Assembly (NCBI RefSeq): GCF_009914755.1
Contig: NC_060933.1
Direction: 5' to 3' (one strand)
From: the human T2T-CHM13v2.0 reference genome, Homo sapiens
Length of the DNA: 64,000 nt
Made by a program: the position numbers and the translations under genes. This document shows positions 14,801 through 28,383 of the stretch, one piece after another. Below the pieces are notes generated by a model. That model worked only from the letters and a program-made list of their open reading frames with translations. It did not search any database and was not told where the DNA came from. Position 1 is the first letter of the stretch. The number at the start of each line of letters is the position of its first letter.

Positions 14801-17800
14801 TTGAAGGCTTTTTCTTGTCTCTGTCTCCTTCAATTCTGCTCTGATCTTAGTTATTTCTTGTCTTCTGCTACATTTTAAATTTGTTTCCTCTTGCTTCTCT
14901 AGTTCTTTTTAATTGTGATGTTAGGGTGTCAATCTCAGATCTTTCTTGCTTTCTCTTGTGGGCATTTAGTACAATGAATTTCCCCCTTAACACTGCTTTA
15001 GCTGTGTCCCAGAGATTCTGTATGTTGTGCCTTGTTCTCATTGGTTTCAAATAACTTATTTATTTCTGCCTTAATTTCATTATTTACTGAGTAGTAATTC
15101 AGGAGCAGGTTGTTCAGTTTCTATGCAGTTGTGTGGTTTTGAGTGAATTTCTTAATCCTGAGTTCTAATTTGATTGCACTGTGGTCTAAGATACTGTTTG
15201 TTATGATTTCCATTCTTTTGCATTTGCTGAGGAGTGTTTTACTTCCATTATGTGGTTGATTTTAGAATAAGTGCCAAGTGGTGCTGAGAAAAATGTATAT
15301 TCTGTTGATTTGGGGTAGAGAGTTCTGTAGATGTCTGTTAGGTCCACTTGGTCCAGAGCTGAGTTCAAGTCCTGAGTATCCTTGTTAATTTTCTGTCTCA
15401 TTGATCTGTTAAAGTCTCCCACTATTATTGCATAGGAGTGTGAGTTTCTTTGTAGGTTTCTAAGAACTTGCTTTTTGAATCTAAGTGCTCCCGTATTGGG
15501 TGCATATAAATTTAGAATAGTTATCTCTTCTTGTTGCATTGATCCCTTTAACATTATTTAATGCTCTTCTTTGTCTTTTTTGATCTTTGTCAGTTTAGAG
15601 ACTAGGATTGCAACCCCTGCTTTTTTTTGCTTTCCATTTGCTTGGTAAATCTCGCCCCATCCCTTTATTTTGAGCCTATGTGTGTCTTTGCATGTGAGAT
15701 CTGTCTCCTGAATACAGCACCCTGATGGGTCTTCACTCTTTATCCAATTTGTGAGTCTGTGCCTTTTTAATTGGGGCATTTAGCCCATTTACATTTAAGT
15801 TTAATATTGTTATGTGTGAGTTTGATTCTGTCATCATGATGCTAGCTGGTTATTTTGCCCATTAGTTGTTGCAGTTTCTTCATAGTGTCAGTGGTTTTAT
15901 ATTTGGTATGTTTTTGCAGTGGCTGGTGCTGGTTTTTCCTTTCCATATTTAGTACTTCCTTCAGGAGCTCTTGTAGGGCAGGCCTGGTGGTGACAAAATC
16001 CTGCAGCATTTGCTTTTCTGTAAAGAATTTTATTTCTCCTTCGCTTATGAAGCTTAGTTTGGCTGGATATGAAATTCTGGTTTGAAAGTTCTTTTCTAAG
16101 AATGTTGTATGTTGGCACCTACTCTCTTCTGGCTTGTAAGATATCTGCAGAGAGATCTGCTGTTAGTCTTATGGGCTTCCTTTTGTGGGTAACCTGACCT
16201 TTCTCTCTGGCTGCCCTTAACATTTTTTCCTTCATTTTAACCTTGGCAAATCTGACAATTATGTGTCTTGGGTTTACTCTTCTCAAGGAGTATGTTTGTG
16301 GTGTTCTCTGTATTTCCTAAATTTGAATGTTGGCCTGTCTTGCTAGGTTGGGGAAGTGCTCCTGGACAATATCCTAAAGTGTGTTTTCCAACTTGGTTCC
16401 ATTCTCCCCGTCACTTTCAGGTACACCAATCAAACATAGGCTTGGTCTTTTCACAAAGTCCCATATTTCTTGGAGGCTTGTTTGTTCCTTATTATTCTTT
16501 TTTCTCTAATCTTGTCTTCATGCTTTATTTCATTAAGTTGATCTTCAATCTCTGATATCCTTTGTTCTGCTTGATTGATTTGGCTACTGATACTTGTGTA
16601 TGCTTCGTGAAGTTCTCATACTGTGTTTTTCAGCTCCATCGGGTCATTCATGTTCTTCTCTAAAGTGGTTATTCTAGTTAGCAATTCCTCTAACCTTTTA
16701 TCAAGTTTCTTGCCTTCCTTGCATTGGGCTAGTACATGCTCCTTTAGCTCAGAAGAGTTTATTATTACCCACCTTCTGAAGCTTACTTCTGTCAATTTCT
16801 TAAACTCATTCTCCATCCAGTTTTGTTCCCTTGCTGGTGAGGAGTTGTAATCCTTTGGAGGAGAAGAGGTATTCTGGTTTTTGGAATTTTTACCCTTTTG
16901 CCCTGTTTTTTTCTCATCTTCATGGATTCATCTACCTTTGGTCTTTGCTGTTGGTGACCTTCAGATGGAGTATTTGCATGGTAGTCCATTTTGTTGATGT
17001 TTATATATTGCTTTCTGTTTGTTAGTTTTCCTTCTAATAGTCAGGCCCCTCTTCTGCAGGTCTGCTGGAGTTTGCTTGAGTTCCCATTCCAGACCCTGTT
17101 TGCTTGGGTATCACCTGTGGAGGCTGAAGAACAGCAAAGATTGCTGCCTGCTCCTTCCCCTGGAAGCTTCATCCCAGAGGGGCACCCACCAGATGCCAGC
17201 CAGAGCTCTCCTGTATGAGGTGTCTGTCCACCCCTGCTGGGAGGTGTCTCCCAGTCAGGAGGCATGGGGTTCAAGGACCCACTTGAGGAGGCAGTCTGCC
17301 CCTTAGCAGAGTTCAAGCGCTATGCTGGGTGATCTGCCGCTCTCTTCAGAGCCGGCAGGCAGGAACTTTTAAGTCTGCTGAAGCTGCACCTACAGCCGCC
17401 CCTTCCCCCAGGTGCTCTGTCCAAGGGAGATGGGAGTTTTATCTATAAGCCCCTGACTGGGACTTCTGCCTCTCTTTCAGAGATGGCCTGCCCAGAGGGG
17501 AGGAATCTAGAGAGGCAGTCTGGCTACAGTGACTTTGTGGAGCTGTGGTGGGCTCAGCTCAGTCTGAACTTTCTGGTGGCTGTGTTTACACTGTGAGGGG
17601 CAAACTGCCTACTCATGCCTCAGTAATGGTGGACTCACCTCCCCTCATCAAGCTTGAGCGTCCCAAGTCAACTTCAGACTGCTGTGTTGGCAGCGAGAAT
17701 TTCAAGCCAGTGGATCTTAGATTGCTGGGCTCTGTGGGGGTGGGATCCACTGAGCAAGACCTCTTAGCTCCCTGGCTTCAGTCCCCTTTCCAGGGGAGTG

Positions 17801-18276
17801 AAAAGTTTTGTCTTGCTGGTGTTCCAGGCTCCACTGGGGTACAAAAACAAAACAAAACAAAACAAAACAAAACTCCTGCAGCTAGCTCGGTGTCTACCCA
17901 AATGGCTGCACAGTTGTGTGCTTGAAACTCAGGGCCCTTGTGGTGTAGGCACCTGAAGGATTCTCCTGGTTGTGGGTTCCAAAGACCATGGGAAAAGCGT
18001 AGTACCTTGGCCACATAGCACGATCTCTCATGGCATAGTCCCTCATGGCTTCCCTTGGTTGGGTAGGGAGTTCCCTGACCCTTTGCACTTCCTGGGTGAG
18101 ATGACGCCCCACCTGCTTCTGCTCACACTGCATGGCTTGCACCCACTGTCTAACCTGTCCCAATGAGATGAACTGGGTACCTCATTTGGAAATGCAGAAA
18201 TCACCCGCCTCTGCATTGGTCTCATTGGGAGCTATAGACTGGAGCTGTTCCTATTTGGCCATCTTGCCTGGGAATC
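11838..18276 (-). mobile_element. Full-length-sized (6.4 kb) dead L1: L1PA7 5'UTR/ORF1/ORF2 body with an L1PA4/5-type 3' ~1 kb
   Basis: 5' end GGCAAGATGGCCAAATAGGAACAGCTCC is near 18268. ORF1 fragments include 16616-16816; ORF2 fragments include 15558-15779, 15201-15554, 13121-13498 and 12048-12290. Many stops and indels; no clear TSD. Confidence 0.93.
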
Positions 18277-19429
18277 AATCATATTGTTTTTACAAGAAGT
18301 ACATTTCCAGTCACTTTTTCTTCATTGCATTTTGTTCTTTGCAAAATCATAGCTCAAACATGTTAAAAAGTATATTAAAGTTGAATATAGTGCGCAAAAG
18401 GATTACTTAGAATGTAAGTACAGGCAATGTAAGAATTTATTCTCTATGACCACTGAAAAGAAGTCATGTTGTACTGTGTAAAATTACAAGCCTCATGAAT
18501 AGAAGTAATATAATGCTTCAGAAAACCAGACCTTCGGTGTTTTGCTAAAGGTAAATTAAAATCAATATTAAGGCATACATTCACAGAAACATGAACAGCA
18601 AACATCTGTAAATGTGTTTAAAACACTTTAGAGCCTGATTACTCTGTGGTAATGTTATGGCATGTCTTTTGATAACTTATGTTACCTAGAAAATTTGAAA
18701 GGTAATGTATTTTATTCATGCTTAAAAGTAAAGACAATATAAGAAAAGTATTGTGATGTTTATGTTCTGTAGACTGAATTAGAACATTGAGTTTCACATA
18801 CTAATTAATATGCTATATAATGCAAAAGCCCACAAATTTATCAGTTATTTTTAATGTCAAATTCTAATATGAAAGTGCTTTGTTATATGTTAATTAATCT
18901 TTTTTTTTTCAAGATGTGAAAACAACCAAAAATAGAGTTGAGGTCCAGAAATTTTGTATGTTCTAAATAATTTGTAAGTCTTTTCACTGCTCTACAGAAT
19001 TATAGTATGTGTTTTTTTCACTATTATTAGCAAATCATCTGCAGCAAAAGGCTCAGTTCATTTTGGAAGTTTCAAATAATTGGCTATATATTCTGAAAGT
19101 TATATTGTTTTATTCCTACAGTATTCAGACATCAGATCAATGACATGAACTTTATTTTCTGAGTCTGCCTGTAGATTTTTAGAAGTGGGGAAACACCTTT
19201 AATCTTAAGCTTTTAAGATGTATAAACTGTTCTTTTGAAGGCAATATAATTATTTTAGACTTTCAAATAATACACTTTAAATCAGATCTCAGAATAAATA
19301 TTTGAAGATTTGATTGTTTTTAAGAGAGTATAAAAAGAAAAACAAATATAATTTGTTTCTAGAGTGTGAAATCAAATATTACCATAATATTTTTACCCTT
19401 TTAAAATGATTTTTTAAAGCAATATAGAC

Positions 19430-19800
19430 TTTGTTAGTTCTTTCTCATGATGCTATGAAGAAATACCTGAGACTGGGTAATCTATAATGAAAAGAGATTT
19501 AATTGACTCACAGTTCCACATGGCTGGGGAGGCCTCAGGAAACTTACAATCATAGTGGGAAGTGGAAGTTACCTCTTCACAGGGTGGCAAGAGAGAGAAT
19601 GTGTGCAAGCAGGAGAAATGCCAGATGCTTATAAAACCAGCAGATTTCATGAGAACTCACTCGCTATCATGAGAACAGCATGGAGGAAACCACTCCCATG
19701 ATTCAGTTACCTCCCACTGGGTCCCTTTCACAACACATTAGGATTATGGGAACTACAATTCAAGATGAGATTTGGGTAGGGACACAGACAAACCATATAA
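19430..19800 (-). mobile_element. THE1C/D solo LTR
   Basis: Complete ~370-bp THE1 LTR with a 5-bp TSD TAGAC (19425-19429) / TACAC (19801-19805). Confidence 0.88.
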
Positions 19801-19814
19801 TACACTATACAAAG

Positions 19815-21185
19815 AAAATGTTTTTCTTTCTGAAAAGTGGGACTTTTTTAAAAAAAGAAAAAGTATAAAAGAAATTAATCGGATACCAAATTGAAAAGGC
19901 AAGAATTATTTAATTTTAATATTGTATTTTATTCTAACTTTATATATAGTATCACTATGCAAAGTTTGACACTGCAAATAACATATCCTCATCCAACGTT
20001 GAAAGGTAAATGTTTAAAATCTTAAAATGTTAAAAAGTATAGATATATATTTAATAGAATTTCTAATTATTGCTTTTCATGTCTTTAGCCCACCACCCAC
20101 CATGTAATATATTTCCAGGTAAACTACCTTATTGTTTACCTGCCTTATTATTATTGTTAAGAGCCTTAAAAGAGACTTCATGTCTGTTTTACCTTATATC
20201 TGCATATTAACTGAGAAAAACTGGTAATTGTACAGAAACTAACCTTGATTTTTTAAGCTATAGAAGTCCAAGTAGAGCTGTCAATTAACATGATTTCCTT
20301 GGATATTAAGAATGTGTTACTCATTGCACAAGCTAAGCATTGGACTATGGGCTTCCCATTCCTCAGTGTTATGCCATTTCAAAAATTCTCCCAAGAAAAC
20401 ACACCAAAATGCATCAGATTAAAGTACTTTTTAATTTATTCACACAGAGTAGAGAAGTTCTCAACCACACTATGCAAGCCTAAGATAATTGAAAGAAATC
20501 GCTTTATTCTTTCCTAGCTCATAGGCACTATGCTGAAATGACTCAGGCTTTCTCCAATGAGACCTGTTAATACTTAAATGTCATTTTCTGGTAGGAATAC
20601 TATTTATAGCTATGTGGTTTGTGAATGATAGAGTTCCAGGTGATAACATTTACATAACAAATGATGGAAATGGCACCCACTGGATTTGTTCAATGTGGAA
20701 GACACATTTTCTATGTGAATATAATGAAGAAAGATGAGATGATGGGATTCCCATCTTGAGTAATGTGTACAAAATCACAACAGAATGGTGCTGTATCCCT
20801 ATCACAAGACATTTGGGCAAAACATTTTTAAAGACATCAAAGAGTTAAAGATACAAAAAAAATTCCAAGTAAACTAAATTCCAGAAAGCATTAATCTCTT
20901 CACAGGAGGAAAGAAATTCATGGTTGATTTCATGCCTGATAGTGTCAAAATGAGGAAGAACTCGTCATATATGGAATAAGGAGAAACAAGTTAATTTGAA
21001 AGAGTTTTTCTACCTCAGTGGTAGACAGGATTCAGATTAAGTGAAAGGCGACATCCTCTAAGGTGGGGCACATGGTGGGGCAGGGCACAATATTACTCAA
21101 CAGAACGTGGCTGTTCCCCAAATGAAAGGTAGTGTCCTGAGACAGAGCACTGTGCCTTGACTGCACAGTGTGGCAAGGCCCTGGG
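19815..21185 (+). repeat. Local direct duplication, copy 1 (probable source)
   Basis: Colinear with 36807-38170. About 12 mismatches in a 240-bp block counted by eye. The paired ORFs 20290-20517 and 37277-37504 are near-identical. Confidence 0.97.
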
Positions 21186-22321
21186 CCTGGCCCATGAAAC
21201 TATTCTGTCTTCCAAAACCTCTGGGGCTGTTATGGAAAGGGCTGCTGCAAAGGTCTCTGAAATGCTTTTCAGGCCTTTTCTCCATTGTGTTGGATATTAG
21301 AACTTGGCTCCACTTTTGTAATGCAGATATCTCTATCAAGTGGTTGTTCCACGGCCTGCTTTGATTATTCTACTGAAAACAGGTTTTTTTTTTTCTATCT
21401 TATTGCCAGGCTGCACATTTTCCAAACTTATACACTGTGCTTCTCTTTTAAATATGAGTTACATCTTTAAGTCATTTTTTTTTTTGCTGCTGCATCTGCG
21501 TATATGCTGTTAGAAGCAGCCAAGTCACATCCTGAATGCTTTGCTGCATAAAACTTTCTTTCTCCAGGTACCCTAAATCTTAATGGTCAAGTTCAAACTT
21601 ACATAGATCCCTAGGTCAAGGGCACAATACAGCCAAGTTCTTTGGTAAGGAAAAACAAGGTTAATCTTTGGTACAGTTTCCAATAAGTTCCTGATTTCCA
21701 TCAAAGACCTTGTCAGCCTTTATTTCACTGTCCATATAATTATCAACATTTTGGTCACAACCATTTAACCAGTCTCTATGAAGATACAACATTTCTCTCA
21801 TCTTGTTGTTTTCTTCTTAGCCCTCCAAATTCATCCAACCTCTGACTGTTACCCACTTCCAAACCTGCTTTCACGGTATCTTTGTAGTAATGCCCCAGTC
21901 TCAGTAACAATTTTCTGTGTTAGGTCATTCTTACATTGGTATAAAGAAACACCTGAGACTGGGTAATTTATAAAGAAAAAAGATTTAATGGTATCATAGT
22001 TCTGCAGGTTGTACAGGAAGCATAGTGCCAGCATCTGATTCTGAGGAGACCTCAGGAAATTTCAACTCATGGCAAAAGGTGAAGCAGGAACAGGCACTTC
22101 ATATGACAAAAACAGAAGCAAGAGACAGTGGTGGTGGTGTGGGGGCACATTTTACAACAACCAGATCTTGTGAGAAGTCACTCATTATCACAAGGATACC
22201 ACCAAGCCATGAAAGATCCACTCCAATGACTCAAACACCTCTCACCAGGTGCCCACCTCTAACATTGGAGATTATAGTTCAACATGAGATTTGGGTGGGG
22301 ACAAATATCCAAAGTATATCA
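21160..22321 (-). mobile_element. Truncated MSTA provirus (half of internal region 21160-21915 plus LTR 21916-22321)
   Basis: MaLR internal motif GGCCCTGGGCCTGGCCCATGAAAC and MSTA LTR motif CTGCAGGTTGTACAGGAAGCATAGTGCCAGCATC. Confidence 0.8.
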
Positions 22322-23975
22322 ATGGTGTTACATAAAGATCCAAATTTATTATTTGCCTGTGGATATCTAGGTTTCCCCAGCACCATTTGTTGAAAAGACT
22401 GCCCTTTCCTTATTGAACATTCTTGGCACTCTTGTCAAAATCGTTTGACCATATGTGTCAAGGTTATTTCTGGGCTGTCTATTCTATTCCATTTGGACTG
22501 TGTGTTTGTTGTTATGCCAATGCCATGATATTGTGATTACTGTAGCTTTGTAGTAAGTTTTGAGATGAGGAAATTTGAGTCTTCCAACATTGTTCTTTTT
22601 AAAGATTGTTTTGGGGAGTGGGGTTTCTTTGAGATTGTATATGAATTTTAGGATGGGCTTTTCTAATTCTGCAAAAAAAAATCATGAGGATTTTGATAGG
22701 GATTACAGTAAATTGATGGATTGCTTTGGGCAGTGTGGACATCTTAATAATATTAAGTCTTCCAATTTATGATCATGGGATGTGTTTCCATTTATGTCTT
22801 TTTTAGTTTCTTTCAGCAATTTTTATTGTTTTCATTGTACAGGTTTTTGAGCTCCTTGGTTAATTTCTAAATATTTTATTATTTTTTAGGCTTTTATAAA
22901 TAGACTTGTTTTCATAATTTCTTTTCATATTGTTCATTGTTGCTCTATGGAAATTGACTAATCTTTGCCTGTTGATGTGGTATCCTTCTCTTTGCTGAAT
23001 TCATTTCTTTTTAGTTCAAACAGTCAAGTTTTGTAAAGTCTTTAAGGTGTTCTATATCATATCGTGTAAATAGTGATCATGTTGCTTCTTTCTTTCCAAT
23101 GTAGATGCCTTTTATTTCTTTTTCTTGCCAAATTCATCTGGCTAGAGCTTGCAAAATGGGCAAAGGACTTTAATGGACATTTTTCCAAAGAGTTATACAA
23201 ATGGCCAATAAGCGTATGAAAATATGTTCAACATCACTAATCATTAAAGAAATACAAATTGAAGCTACAATGCGATACCACCTTACACTCATTAGGATAG
23301 CTGCTATTTAAAAAATCCATAAAGTAACAATTATTGGTGAGAAGGTGTAGAATTTGGACACCTTGTGCACTGCTGGTGTGAATTTAAAATGGTACAGTTG
23401 CTGCAGGAAACAGTATGGCAGTCCCTAAAAAATTAAAAATAGAATTATCATATTTTGCAGACAATTCAATTTCTGAAGACATACTGAAAAGAATTGAAAG
23501 CTGTGTCCAAGAGGTATTAGTACACTGATGTTCATAGCAGCATTATTCACAATAGCTAAAATGTGGAAGAAATTCATGTTCATCAACAAATGAATGAGTA
23601 AGATAAATGTGGTATATACAGTAGAATATTATCTAGCCTTAAAAAGGAAAAAAAAATCTGACATATGCTGCAACATGGATCTAATTTGAGGATATTATGC
23701 TTAGTAAAACAAGCCAGTCACACAAACACAAATACTGTATGATTCTACTTATATGAGGTAGAGTAGTCAAAGTTACAGAGGAAGTCGAATAATGTTTGCC
23801 AGGAGTTTGTGGGAGGTGAGATGGCAAATGTATAATGAGAACAGAGTGTAACAAGATAAAAAGAATTATGGAGATGGATGGTGGTGGTGGCTGCACAACA
23901 TTAAACTGCACATTTAAAAATGATTAAGAAGGTAAATTTTATGTTATGTGTATTTCACTATAATGAAATTAAAAA
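22322..23975 (+). mobile_element. L1MB-like element with inverted 5' part (22322-23151 minus, 23152-23975 plus)
   Basis: Antisense ORF2 sequence switches at ~23151 to sense AAATGGGCAAAGGAC, which runs to an L1MB-type 3'UTR. Confidence 0.7.
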
Positions 23976-24409
23976 TTAAAAATAGCAATATTAATGAACT
24001 AATGACTAAATATAAAACATACTTAAAATTAATGTGCGGCCCTTAGATGAGAGCTGAACAAACCAATTGGAAAAACAAAAGAAAAAGAAAAATTTAGAAC
24101 AATCAGAAATATGTGCACAATAATTGGACATTTGATATTGTAATAAATAATTTTTGCTAATATTTTGGAAAGTAGTGATATTAAAGTTTTGTTAAGTGTT
24201 AAAAACACAAATACTTACATTGAACTGATATGCTTTAAAAAATGTGGGAGGAGCAGGTAGATAAATGTATAAATGAAACATGACCAGCTATACGTTGATA
24301 ACCATTGAAGCTGGGTGTTGGGTATGTGTGGGTTTATTATATCACTCTTTTGATTTATATACATGCTCAAACTTTTACATTAAAAAGTGGTTTTCATGGA
24401 AAAAATAGA

Positions 24410-24775
24410 TATCAATTATTGCGAGTTTGAGAGGATGGAGGAATGAATAGGCATAGTATACAGAATTTTCAGGGCACTGAAAGTATTTTATTTGATACCA
24501 TAGTGGTAGCTACATGTCATTATACATCTGTTGAGGCCCACAGAAAGTACAACATTAAGAGTGAAGCCTAATGTAAACTATTAACCTTGGCTAATAATGT
24601 TGTAGCATTGTAGTTTTATGGATTGTAATAAATGTACCAGTTTGGTGTGGGATGTTGATATTGAGAGAGGCTGTGCATGTATGAGAACATGAGGTGTATG
24701 GAAAAAATCTGTACTTTTCACATAATTTTGCTCTGAACCTAAAACTACTCTAACTAATAAAGTCTATTTTTTAAA
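24410..24775 (+). mobile_element. L1MC1/2 3'UTR
   Basis: Contains GAGTGAAGCCTAATGTAAACTAT...TGAACCTAAAACTACTCTAA. Confidence 0.7.
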
Positions 24776-24905
24776 ATGTAGTTACCAGCCAAAAGATGAG
24801 GATAGAGCAAGAGTGCTCAAAGAAACTCCTCCACTTCTCTGCAGATTTTTAATGCATACCTTGTAGCAACCCTCCAAGAAAGAGTGCATGACAAGAAAGT
24901 TCAAT

Positions 24906-25462
24906 ATTATGGTGAACGTTGTGTCCTCCTCCTCTCTGATAATTCATATATTGAAGTCCTAACCCCAGCACCTCACAATGTAACCTTATTTAGAAATACA
25001 GTAATTGCAGATGTAATTAAGATGAGATTATACTAGAGTGGAGTGAGCCCCAATTCAATAAGACTAGTGTCTTTGTAAAAAGGGAAAATTTGGATACATA
25101 TGCATACACATAGATGTACATACACAAAGTATATGAACATGAAGGTAGAGATTGGGTTGATATGTCTACCAACCCAAGGAATGTCAAAGATTGTCAGAAA
25201 TCTGTCAGATCTAGGAAAGTGGTATGGAACACATTCTTCTTCACAGCCTTCAAGAGGAACCACCCCTGCTGACATGTTGATCTTGGACTTCTAGCCTCCA
25301 GAGCTGTGAGACAATGAATTTCTGTTGTTTAAGTAACCCCTGCCAACACATTGATCTTAGACCTCTAGCATCCAGAACCATGAGACAATAAATTTCTGTT
25401 GTTTTACCCACTCAGTATACTGTTGCACTAGTTTGTTATAGTAGCCCTAGCAAATGAATACA
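24906..25462 (+). mobile_element. MLT1B/C LTR with an internal 74-bp tandem duplication
   Basis: Standard MLT1C motifs, ending GCCCTAGCAAATGAATACA. Repeat units start at 25262 and 25336. Confidence 0.8.
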
Positions 25463-26026
25463 CTGAGATATATAGTATTGAGGGACATTGGTTTTCAGTC
25501 ATTATATTGCAGCTGTCCGTCAAAGTAGAAGACACATTTCCTAAAGTGCAGAAAGCTGGGGGAAAAAAGTAAAACCTCAATAGCTCAAAATTTGGATGGT
25601 TAGACTGTAAGAGAGAAAGAAGAAAAGAGAGAGCTTCCATTGTTTAGAAAACTGGTGTCGGGACTGTAAAGCAAAAGGACAGGTCTAGCATCTTGCTCTT
25701 TCCAGATAACAAGATATATTGGAGGCATTCCTTCTGTTCTGTTTCCCTGAATATTTGAAGTTGTTGTTGAACTAAATATTATGCATTGAAACTAAGTGCA
25801 ACTTCCTCAATTACAGATTTCATTAACTCAGATTCCCAAATAGGTAGCTGGACAGAATAAGGAGAATAATAATTTCTCAGGACAGTTATGTTTACATTTG
25901 GATTCCACTGTTATTTTTAATACATTTTCTAATGTACAATTCTAAAAATACACAAGACCATTGCAGATGGGTGATTATGTATGACCAATAGTCAGAAAAG
26001 AAAACATTGAATGGAAGGAAACCCTA

Positions 26027-26492
<466 letters not shown>

Positions 26493-26704
26493 CTATGAAT
26501 TTAAAAATTCCCTGAAAGATCTTTAGATGGTTTGGGAAGGAAATTAGCAAGCTAATTCCAAAATTTTTATGTGAACATACAGAATCCAAAAGAGATACAA
26601 ACAACCTTGAAAAATAATAAAAAAGTATAAAACCTTATTATCAGTGATTTCAAGTTATAAATCCACAGTAATTAACACAGTGTGTTACTGGCATTAACAT
26701 AGGC

Positions 26705-26924
26705 CAAGCTTGTCCAACCTTTGGCCCATGGGTTGCATGCAGCCCAGGACAGCTTTGAATGTGGCCCAACAAAAATTTGTAAACTTTCTTAAAACATTAA
26801 GAGATATATTGTGATTTTTTTTTTTTTTTTTAGCACATCAGCTATCATTAGTGTTAGTGTATTTTATGTGTGACCCTAGACAATTCTTCTTCCAGTGTGG
26901 CCCAGGGAAGCCAGGACACCTCTG
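26705..26924 (-). mobile_element. MER30 (hAT-Charlie) inside an old L1M ORF2 fragment
   Basis: Runs CAAGCTTGTCCAACC...GGACACCTCTG, with 8-bp TSD ACATAGGC / GCATAGGC. Confidence 0.88.
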
Positions 26925-27317
26925 GCATAGGCAATTAAATCAATGGAACAAATTGAGATTCCAGAACTAGACCAAAAATCTATTGAGACTTTAAAAAAAA
27001 GCAGGTCAGTTTAACTGAGCAAGAAACAATTCTACATTTTTTTAAGTGGGGCTGAAAAACTGAACAACTTCATGAAAAATATAACTCACTTTACATATGA
27101 AAATTAATTGGACATGAATTGTAAGCCTGATTATAACAGGTAGAACATAACAATTCTAGAAGTAAGTCTAGATTGCCTTCAAAATCTTGCAGTATAAGAA
27201 GATTTTTTATTCAGGATGCAAAAATAATTAAACATAATTGAAATTGCTAAATTGAACTTAATGAAAACAGACAATGTTTTATTATTGAAAAATTCAGTTA
27301 AGATCATCATGCAAAAA

Positions 27318-27866
27318 TTTTTTTAATTTTTAATTTTTTGTGTAGATAGTAGATATAAATATTTATGAGTTAGATGGGGTATTTTGAATACAGACGTGCA
27401 ATGTGTAATAATTACATCAGGGTAAATATCGTATCCATTACCTCAAGCGTTTATCATTTGTGTTACAAACAATCCAGTTATATTCTTTTAGTTATTTTAA
27501 ATTGTACAACTAAATTATATTGACTACAATCACCCTGTTGTGCTATCTAATACTAGATCTTATTCATTTTTTTCTAACTATTTTTTGTACCCATTAACCA
27601 TCCTCACTTTATTCCCCTTCTGCCCAACTAAATTCCCAGCCTCTGGGAACTTTCTTTCTACTCTCTATATCTCAATGAGTTCAATTGTTTTACTTTTTAG
27701 CTTCCACAAATAAATGAGAACATGCAAAGTTTATCTTCCTGTGCCTGGCTTATTTCACTGAACATAACGTCCCCCAGTCCATCCATGTTGTTGCAAATGA
27801 CAGTATCACATTTTTTTTAATGGCTGAATAGTACTCCACTGTGTCTATGTACCACATTTTCTTTAG
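27318..27866 (-). mobile_element. L1MA (MA2-4-like) 3' end
   Basis: Contains GCAATGTGTAATAATTACATCAGGGTAAAT...TGGCTGAATAGTACTCC. Confidence 0.8.
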
Positions 27867-28024
27867 CAAGGAACAATGTGAACCAAAAATGTTAACAATA
27901 CATATATGTTTCTTAGAGGACATATTCAATATGTTGAATATATTAAATTTAATATACTAAAAATCTTATGAATCAATAGGAAAAAAATAAAATGAATGTA
28001 CAAAATAATAAATGTGCAAAGTAA

Positions 28025-28383
28025 TTCTATGGTCTGAATGTATGTGTCCCCCCAAATTCACATGTTAAAATCTAACCCCCAATGTGATGATATTAAGTGG
28101 GGTTTTTTGTGAAGTTATTATGTGATGAAGGCAAAGCCATAATTAATAGGATTAGTGTTCTTATAGTAAAGGTCTGAGGGAGCATGTTAGCCTTCTTTGA
28201 CTCTCTCCATGAGAGTCACAGAAGGCACCAATTATGAGAAATGGGCCTTAGCCAGCACCAAATCTGCTAGAACCTTGATCTTAAATTTCCCAGCCTTCAG
28301 AACTGTAAGCAATAAATTTATTTTTTAAATAAATTACCCAGGTTAAATTATTTTATTGTAGCAGCAGGAATAGACTAAGATAG
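28025..28383 (+). mobile_element. MSTD/MLT1A-type MaLR LTR
   Basis: Runs CTATGGTCTGAATGTATGTGTCCCCCCAAATTC...AATAGACTAAGATA. Confidence 0.75.

Noticed and set aside
20290-20517. 75-aa ORF retained in both duplicate copies as a conserved micro-gene
   Set aside because: Retention is expected at ~95% DNA identity. The differences are largely nonsynonymous and copy 2 has GTG instead of ATG.
19430-22321. MaLR provirus that captured host DNA (LTR, foreign 1.4 kb, internal region, LTR)
   Set aside because: The left LTR is THE1-type with its own 5-bp TSD (solo), while the right LTR is MSTA. They are independent elements.
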